The notes beneath the pieces were generated by a model that was given only the letters and a program-made list of their open reading frames with translations, did no database searches and was not told the DNA's origin. Source: an archaeon (GTDB lineage Archaea; SpSt-1190; DYHY01). From it: a stretch of 12,319 bases of DNA. The stretch spans positions 1 through 12,319 of the forward strand of contig JAZDJS010000029.1 of the NCBI GenBank assembly GCA_043803745.1, read 5' to 3'. A program made the position numbers and the translations under genes. Shown piece by piece: positions 6,884-12,319 of this stretch. Numbering within the stretch: the first letter of the stretch is position 1; each line of letters opens with the position of its first letter.

Positions 6884-7836
6884 GGGAGAACTTTTCCGGA
6901 ACCGACAACCCGCAGGGCTTTCTCGTTAAGGCGGATGAGAAGGAAACGGTCTTCCTGGTCGAATGCAATTGGCGCTTCGAGCGAGATTTTCAGGGAGCCT
7001 TCCCCGCCGGGGGCAATCGTCCCCTCGGCAATTTTTCCGGTTTTCATCTGGAGGCCGACTGAGAGATGTATTGTTTCGCCCGCTTCAAGCGGCTTTTTCG
7101 CGAATTTCGAGAGCCTTCCCGAAAGGGAGATTTCCTGGGCAACCTGCAGCTGCCCTTCCTGGGCGAGTACGTCGCCTCTGGAAAGCTCGCTTGCGTCGAG
7201 GCCCCTGAATGATATCCCGAACCGGTCCCCGGCAGAAGCGGAATCATAGTCATCGTCATGCATCTGGATCGACCTTACTTCTATCTTCTTTCCGGAAGGG
7301 AAAACCGAAAGCTTGTCATGGACGCGGATTGTCCCGCGAGCAACAAAGCCCAGGGCCACCGAACCGACCCCCTTGACATTGAATGAATGATCAACAATTC
7401 CTTTGGCTGCGCCTTCTTGCCGCTCCGAGGAGGTGGAATTCACAAGTTCCCGGAGCTCTTGGAGGTCCGAAGTCAGCCTGTAGCCCTCGCAGACAGTCCC
7501 CTTAGTCAGGGGGGCGAGCTGCTCCGGGAGGAGAGTTGTGAAGAAAATCCCCCTGCGCATTCCCGAAAGGTCAAGGGCGATTATTGCCTCGCCAATCGCA
7601 GGAGTCAGCTTTTCGACTGCGACGACCGGGAGGTCCGAAATTGGGAGGGTGAAAAGGAGGCTCGGGAGCTTTTCAGGGAATCTTGCCGCTTCAAGGACCG
7701 AGAGTATCATCTCCCCGGATTTCTGGTGGTAGAAGTTCACGTCCTCCTCCCCCGGGCTTTTCTTCGCAAGCTCCCGGCAGATTTTCTCGCGCAGCTCCTT
7801 CGAGTCGGAGATTACTGAAATCGTGAGGCTTTTCAT
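6880..7836 (-). CDS. SelB/EF-Tu-like protein (archaeal MM1309-like type) with a degenerate G-domain and barrel domains II and III
   Basis: Domain II motifs IVDHSFNVKGVGSVALGFV..G and EVRSIQMHD......AGDRFG. N-terminal FPEKLPSLL..L..SD and GEAIIALDL resemble archaeal SelB-like proteins. At 318 aa it has no SelB C-terminal domain IV. Confidence 0.82.
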   Translation of the reverse strand: MKSLTISVISDSKELREKICRELAKKSPGEEDVNFYHQKSGEMILSVLEAARFPEKLPSLLFTLPISDLPVVAVEKLTPAIGEAIIALDLSGMRRGIFFTTLLPEQLAPLTKGTVCEGYRLTSDLQELRELVNSTSSERQEGAAKGIVDHSFNVKGVGSVALGFVARGTIRVHDKLSVFPSGKKIEVRSIQMHDDDYDSASAGDRFGISFRGLDASELSRGDVLAQEGQLQVAQEISLSGRLSKFAKKPLEAGETIHLSVGLQMKTGKIAEGTIAPGGEGSLKISLEAPIAFDQEDRFLLIRLNEKALRVVGSGKVLP

Positions 7837-7858
7837 CAGGTATCCGAGGAAGCTTGGG

Positions 7859-7867
7859 TTTAAAAAA
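7859..7867 (-). promoter_or_regulatory. TATA box for the SelB-like gene
   Basis: Minus strand TTTTTTAAA about 22 nt upstream of the ATG at 7836. Confidence 0.5.
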
Positions 7868-7942
7868 GAAGGTGCGGCCCCGGAAAATCAGACGAAGCAG
7901 GTCCTTGTCGGGCTCGGGGGCTCGTGAGCTTCGGCTAATGCG

Positions 7943-9031
7943 TCAAAGAAGGTTCTCCGGCCGGGGCGCATCCGCGAAATGCGCTTCAACTCTGGAGACT
8001 GTGCCCGGATCCTTGGATGCCACAAGGCCCCGTTCGTAATGATACCAGACATCGGCAATGTTCCCGAAATATTTCGAGAGCCTTGCGTCCGGGCCGAAGG
8101 GCCATCTTCCTCCGCCGGCAACGGCATCCCCGAATTCAGTGAAATAGTTCGGGAGGTTTGGCAATACTGCCAGGGCCCCGACATTATTCTCCAGGAGTTT
8201 CCCAAGCGCCCTAATGGCGAAAGGATTGACCTCATAATTGGTAGCGAGCGTTACAACGTCGGGTTTCTCTGACGAGAGAATCTCCCCAACAACGGGATCC
8301 ATTGCGTTTGCCCGGACCATCTTGAAATGGGGGAACTTGCCTGAAAATTCCTCCTCGTGGAACTTCGCAACAGTTGAGCTTAGATCGATGACCGTGACGC
8401 GATCGTAACCGAGCAGCTTCGCCATGTAGGCATCCGTGCCTGCCCCGGCTCCGATTACGACAAGGGATTTTGGGCCCTCCCCGATTGCCTCGAATAGCTC
8501 AGGCGTTATCACGTCCGGACTGATTATTATCTTCGGCCCGCGGCGAAGGAAATAAGGCAGCCCGTACTTGGTTGCGCAAGCTTTCAGGAGCCCTTCCCCC
8601 AACTCATCAATGGGGTGCAGGTCGCAGGGGAAATCTTCCATTGGAAATTTGCAGATTCCGGAGACGCGGGGAGAATCGCAGTCAACGTCTATGTAGAACG
8701 TGAGTGAATCTTTGGGATCTATCTGCGGGAAGCCGTCCTTGCCGCTTTCCCTGCGGGCAGCCGCTTCCAGGGGAGACATTTCTTTCGAGCCTTTCGGACC
8801 CCAAATCGTGCGCATCAGGTTCTTCTTCGTGTGCTCATAATCGTAAGTCCCCGCGGCATCCTCGAAGAGGCGGGGATTCTGAGTCGTTGCGTTAAGCCCG
8901 AACCAGTAATCGTACCCAGGTCCAGTTGTGTTGGCTGTCCGGGCGGCTTTCACTTCCCCAATGGAAATTCCAGCTCCCTCAAAAAGCTCGCTCGCAACTC
9001 GCTTCACTTCCTCGCCCAAAGCAGGAACCAT
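7943..9031 (-). CDS. Hypothetical protein with a class I SAM-dependent methyltransferase-like domain
   Basis: 362 aa. LVVIGAGAGTD (motif I-like), RVTVIDLS (acidic residue after beta2), MVRANA and PDVVTLA follow Rossmann methyltransferase spacing. The N-terminal ~170 aa are not recognised. Confidence 0.6.
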   Translation of the reverse strand: MVPALGEEVKRVASELFEGAGISIGEVKAARTANTTGPGYDYWFGLNATTQNPRLFEDAAGTYDYEHTKKNLMRTIWGPKGSKEMSPLEAAARRESGKDGFPQIDPKDSLTFYIDVDCDSPRVSGICKFPMEDFPCDLHPIDELGEGLLKACATKYGLPYFLRRGPKIIISPDVITPELFEAIGEGPKSLVVIGAGAGTDAYMAKLLGYDRVTVIDLSSTVAKFHEEEFSGKFPHFKMVRANAMDPVVGEILSSEKPDVVTLATNYEVNPFAIRALGKLLENNVGALAVLPNLPNYFTEFGDAVAGGGRWPFGPDARLSKYFGNIADVWYHYERGLVASKDPGTVSRVEAHFADAPRPENLL

Positions 9032-9052
9032 TGAATGGAAAACGGATGTGCC

Positions 9053-9137
9053 TATTTAAAGATAGTCATTTTTTCCAGGCACGGCCATATGCAAGAACCT
9101 CCGCTCACTAACCCGCGTCAAAGAAAACACTTTTAAA
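9053..9137. promoter_or_regulatory. Divergent TATA boxes for the methyltransferase-like gene (-) and the L15e operon (+)
   Basis: Minus strand TTTAAATA (9053-9060) 21 nt from ATG 9031. Plus strand GAAAACAC-TTTTAAA (9123-9137) 22 nt from ATG 9160. Confidence 0.6.
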
Positions 9138-9159
9138 CACCCGAAAAAACGACCTTGCC

Positions 9160-9696
9160 ATGAAAATGTATGATGAATCCGCCCAGAAGATCAGAATGAT
9201 TGAATGGCGCTCCCAGGATGCCCTGACTAGGATCGAGAATCCGACAAGGCCCGAGCGCGCGCACCAGGCGGGATATGCCGCCAAAAAGGGCGTTGTACTC
9301 GTCCGGGTTAAGATCGGAAAAGGCGGAAGCAAGAGGGAAAGGCCGAACCGCGGAAGAAAGCCATCGAAGTCGGGTCAGGTCCGCTATTCCGCGAAAGTGT
9401 CCCGCCAGAGGATTGCGGAGCAAAGAGCGAGCCGCAAATACAGGAATCTTGAGGCGCTCAATTCCTACTGGGTCGGGGACGACTCGGTAAGCACCTGGTA
9501 CGAGGTTATTATGGTCGACCCGAAAAGCCCGGAAATCCTTTCCGACAGGAGATTCGCCAAGGCTGCTGCTGTCTCTGGACGGGCGTACAGGGGACTCACC
9601 TCCGCGGGAAAACGGGGAAGGGGACTCCTCAACAAGGGCAAGGGCGCCGAGAAGGTCAGACCCTCCATTTCGGCACACGAACGCAAGGGCAAATAA
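9160..9696 (+). CDS. rpl15e: 50S ribosomal protein L15e
   Basis: [63 protein letters not shown]....[37 protein letters not shown]. Confidence 0.97.
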   Translation: MKMYDESAQKIRMIEWRSQDALTRIENPTRPERAHQAGYAAKKGVVLVRVKIGKGGSKRERPNRGRKPSKSGQVRYSAKVSRQRIAEQRASRKYRNLEALNSYWVGDDSVSTWYEVIMVDPKSPEILSDRRFAKAAAVSGRAYRGLTSAGKRGRGLLNKGKGAEKVRPSISAHERKGK

Positions 9697-9724
9697 ATAA
9701 GGGCTGCCTGCAAGAATCACAATA

Positions 9725-10192
9725 ATGGCTTCTGAAAAACCCGTTGAGCCGGCAATGCTGAAGGCTGAGACATTCTGCCATCTTACGGAGGATTTGGAGG
9801 TTGTAAGGGGACTTTTCATCGGGCTTTTCCCGGGGAAGGAAATCCAGGAAGAGAAACTCTACGGGCATTACAAGAACGAGATAGTGAAACTTTCCTATTC
9901 AACTGACGAAAGGAACGTTATCGAGGCTTTCCTGAAACGGGCGCTACCTTGCGCGGTCCCGGATGTTGAGGATAACAAGCGCGCCTATTTCAGGCTTTCC
10001 AAGAACGACCTGATTGAGGGGAAGGTTTCTTCCGCTGAGGAGGGGAAACAGGCGGTTTCAGTCGAGGTTTCATTCAAGGTTTTCGGCGGAGCGGACCTTG
10101 ACGCATCTTTGCTTGAACTTGCGGGTGTGGGAGGCGGAGAATGTGAGGATGAACGTGAGAATGAAGGAAACGATAACGATACTCAGGCTTGA
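9725..10192 (+). CDS. RNA-binding protein of the exosome superoperon (COG1325 / RNA_binding family)
   Basis: FCHLTEDLEVV, GHYKNEI and YFRLSK motifs, plus the conserved position after L15e. Confidence 0.8.
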   Translation: MASEKPVEPAMLKAETFCHLTEDLEVVRGLFIGLFPGKEIQEEKLYGHYKNEIVKLSYSTDERNVIEAFLKRALPCAVPDVEDNKRAYFRLSKNDLIEGKVSSAEEGKQAVSVEVSFKVFGGADLDASLLELAGVGGGECEDERENEGNDNDTQA

Positions 10193-10694
10193 CCACAGAA
10201 AGGAGCGGGACAAGCGGATAACAACGCACGTTGCGCTTGCCGCCCGCGCGTTCGGCGCGGAAGGGTTCGTCTACTCCGGGGAGAGGGATGAGAAAATCGA
10301 GGAAAGCGTAAGGAAGGTTTCCGAAAACTGGGGCGGGAAATTTTCAATCAGGCATGAGAAAAAACCTCTTGGCTTTGCGAAGAAATTCCCGGGCGAGAAG
10401 GTGCACCTGACGTTTTACGGAACGCCTCTCAAGGAATTCCTCGGGGAGAAAAAGGCGGCCTCAAAAAAGCTCCTCCTGATAGTTGGCGGCCCGAAAGTTC
10501 CGAGGGAATATTACGGGCTCGGGAAAAATGTCTCGGTAACGAACCAGCCGCATAGCGAGGTTTCGGCAGTTGCGGTGTTCCTCGCAAGCCTCAACGAAAA
10601 GTGGGACTTGATACGCTTCCCCAACTGGAAAAGGCAGATAGTCCCCTCGGAAAGGGGGAAAGTCGTAAAAAGCAAGGGAAAGGCAAGGACGTGA
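10161..10694 (+). CDS. trm56: tRNA (cytidine(56)-2'-O)-methyltransferase, SPOUT family
   Basis: ILRLDHRKERDKRITTHVALAARAFGA, V.ENWGGKF, VHLTFYG, IVGGPKVPREYY, NVSVTNQPHSEVSAVAVFL, IVPSERGKVV. Start is ATG 10161 or 10149. Confidence 0.95.
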   Translation: MKETITILRLDHRKERDKRITTHVALAARAFGAEGFVYSGERDEKIEESVRKVSENWGGKFSIRHEKKPLGFAKKFPGEKVHLTFYGTPLKEFLGEKKAASKKLLLIVGGPKVPREYYGLGKNVSVTNQPHSEVSAVAVFLASLNEKWDLIRFPNWKRQIVPSERGKVVKSKGKART

Positions 10695-10695
10695 A

Positions 10696-11241
10696 ATGAC
10701 CTTCCAGGACCTTGTTCTCTTCGCGCCTTCAGAGACCCTCCAGAGGAAGGTCCTGCTGATAGGCGACCGGGACGGCCAGATACAGAAGGTTTCCTCCGAG
10801 AAACGTCTTGCCGAGGAAATCATCGGAGTCGAGTCCGCAGACAGGATGCGGCTCCTAAAAGCGCTTGCAACGGATTCCGTCGATTTCATCCTCCCCAATA
10901 TTGAGGAAGCGAAAATCGACAGGTCGCTCGCAACCCTTGCGAAGAAGGAGGGCTGCGCGGTTGCTCTTTCCTTTTCACACATTGCCAAGGGGGATTTGAA
11001 GAGAACGCTTGCGCGGGCAGCAAGGGCTGTCGAAACGCTTGAGTATTACAACGCGCCCGTGCTTTTCGCGACCTTCGCAAGGGAACCGCTTTTCGCCCGG
11101 GACAAGAGGGACCTTGAAGGTGTCCTTGAAATCCTCGGTTCGAAGAGACCGGAAGCATGGCTTTCTGAAGCGGCAAGGATAATCGAACGGAACCTGAAAA
11201 GAAAGGGGGAAATTGCCCCTGGAGTGAAGCTGGTGGAATGA
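10696..11241 (+). CDS. rnp3: RNase P protein component 3 (Rpp30), short divergent form
   Basis: IDRSLATLAKKEGCAVALSFSHI and YYNAPVLFATFARE...AR..RDL.GVL.ILG match the Rpp30 C-terminal half; synteny with Pop5 and psmA. Confidence 0.75.
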   Translation: MTFQDLVLFAPSETLQRKVLLIGDRDGQIQKVSSEKRLAEEIIGVESADRMRLLKALATDSVDFILPNIEEAKIDRSLATLAKKEGCAVALSFSHIAKGDLKRTLARAARAVETLEYYNAPVLFATFAREPLFARDKRDLEGVLEILGSKRPEAWLSEAARIIERNLKRKGEIAPGVKLVE

Positions 11242-11591
11242 GAAGGGGCCAGAGATATTTCCTTGTTGCTGTTGACGGGCCCTCGGGGAATCCCTCGGGG
11301 AATCCCTCGGGGACCCTTTCCGAGAACTGGCAGGCGAGACTTTCCTCAGAACTCGAGAAAATACTTGGGCGCGGCGGCCTCGGAGCGGTCGAGCTCCAGT
11401 TCGTCAGGGAGCGGGAAGATGGGACATTAACCCCTGAGAAACCCGGGCCGGGAAAAGTGGTCCTGAAATGCTCGGTTAAGGGACAGCGGACCGTCCGGGG
11501 CGCACTCGCGCTTGTAACGGAACTTGGCGGGGTTCCGGCACGGATAAGGACGCTCAATGCTTCCGGAACTTTGAAGGGCTTGTTCTCTTAG
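11238..11591 (+). CDS. rnp2: RNase P protein component 2 (Pop5/Rpp14)
   Basis: R..QRYF, LG..G, VVLKC, VRGALALVT, IRTL..SGTLKGL. ATGA overlap with rnp3; directly upstream of psmA. Confidence 0.8.
   Translation: MRRGQRYFLVAVDGPSGNPSGNPSGTLSENWQARLSSELEKILGRGGLGAVELQFVREREDGTLTPEKPGPGKVVLKCSVKGQRTVRGALALVTELGGVPARIRTLNASGTLKGLFS
11280..11313 (+). repeat. In-frame 12-bp tandem repeat (CCCTCGGGGAAT, about 2.8 copies) inside rnp2
   Basis: Units at 11280-11291, 11292-11303 and 11304-11313 (partial), encoding PSGN-PSGN-PSGT. Confidence 0.9.
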
Positions 11592-11614
11592 TAGTTCAAA
11601 CGGACGCTCTCGCC

Positions 11615-11635
11615 GGGAAAAGTGAGTATTATAAA
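11615..11635 (+). promoter_or_regulatory. BRE/TATA-like promoter for psmA
   Basis: GGGAAAAGTGAG-TATTATAAA in the 109-bp intergenic gap. Confidence 0.55.
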
Positions 11636-11700
11636 GGACGGTATTTTGACACTCATTTGAGAGAAAAGGGAAAAATATACAACGAGGCTGAATAAGTGAA

Positions 11701-12319
11701 ATGCAGATAATGAGCCCAGAAACGATGGGATATGACCGAGTTGCGACAGTTTTCTCCCCGGACGGAAGGCTCTTCCAGGTGCAGTATGCGATGGAAGCGG
11801 TCAAGAGGGGGGCGACGGTAATAGGAATTGTCGCAAAGAACGCAGTCGTCATGGCTGCTGACAAGAGGATCACGAACCTCCTGATGGTTCCGTCCTCAAT
11901 TGAAAAAATCTACAAAATCGACACGCACATCGCGATTGCGACCAGCGGGCTGGTTGCCGACGGGAGGAAGATTGTCGACGAAACGAGGGTCGAGAGCCAG
12001 CGGAACAAAATAGTCTACGGGGAACCGATTGACGTCGTAAACGTCGTGAGATATGTCTGCGACATGTCCCAGCTGTTCACCCAGTACGGCGGACTGCGTC
12101 CCTTCGGAGTTTCCCTCCTGATTGGCGGAGTCAACGGCGGAAAACCGAGGCTTTTCGAAACCGACCCGTCGGGAACACCGACGGAATGGAAGGCAACGAC
12201 CTTGGGAGAAGGGCGGGCGGAAATAATGGAAATCCTTGAGAAGGAGCACCGGGACGGAATGAGTTCCGACGAGGCTGCGGGACTTGCCCTGCGCGCACTT
12301 GCCAAGGCAATGAAGAAGA
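11701..12319 (+). CDS. psmA: Proteasome subunit alpha (3'-truncated by the window end)
   Basis: Absent from the ORF track because there is no stop in the window. Hand translation gives MQIMSPETMGYDRVATVFSPDGRLFQVQYAMEAVKRG...SIEKIYKIDTHI.IATSGLVADGR...FTQYGGLRPFGVSLLIGG...LFETDPSG...WKA. Confidence 0.97.
   Translation, partial: MQIMSPETMGYDRVATVFSPDGRLFQVQYAMEAVKRGATVIGIVAKNAVVMAADKRITNLLMVPSSIEKIYKIDTHIAIATSGLVADGRKIVDETRVESQRNKIVYGEPIDVVNVVRYVCDMSQLFTQYGGLRPFGVSLLIGGVNGGKPRLFETDPSGTPTEWKATTLGEGRAEIMEILEKEHRDGMSSDEAAGLALRALAKAMKK

Noticed and set aside
7876-7945. Selenocysteine readthrough of the methyltransferase-like TGA, with the downstream hairpin as SECIS, next to a SelB-like gene
   Set aside because: The sense (minus) strand hairpin lacks the archaeal SECIS GAA/A motif, the TGA is not in a redox-motif context, readthrough would run through the next promoter and gene, and the neighbour is not a true SelB.
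9133-9819. 228-aa antisense ORF, and similar shadow ORFs at 10886-11557, 10461-10988, 4286-4801 and 6048-6542
   Set aside because: They lie opposite well-supported genes, have no recognisable motifs, and are expected in moderately GC-rich coding DNA.
10014-10148. N-terminal extension of trm56
   Set aside because: It lies inside the COG1325 gene; Trm56 homology starts at ITILRLDHR.
11280-11313. Tandem repeat as a CRISPR array
   Set aside because: The 12-bp units have no spacers, lie inside a coding gene, and no cas genes are present.

Overview
Archaeal chromosomal window; the compact, divergent genes suggest a DPANN-like lineage, but that is inference only. The right third is the conserved archaeal L15e / COG1325 / Trm56 / RNase P Rpp30 / Pop5 / proteasome alpha superoperon. 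The left two-thirds holds a 5'-truncated purine nucleoside phosphorylase fused in frame to a DUF1893 (TM1506-like) domain, corA, a membrane-anchored beta-propeller protein, a malic enzyme, tRNA-Leu(CAG), an Imm5-like gene, a ZIP transporter, a SelB/EF-Tu-like protein and an orphan class I methyltransferase-like gene. The most notable observations are four. (1) The PNP-DUF1893 fusion. (2) The malic enzyme is split by a -1 frameshift exactly at an in-frame G_GGA_AAG slippery heptamer. (3) The Imm5-like gene sits in a one-gene islet bounded by an 11-bp direct repeat of the tRNA T-arm. (4) The SelB-like protein has a degenerate P-loop. All family calls come from motif recognition by eye; no searches were run.
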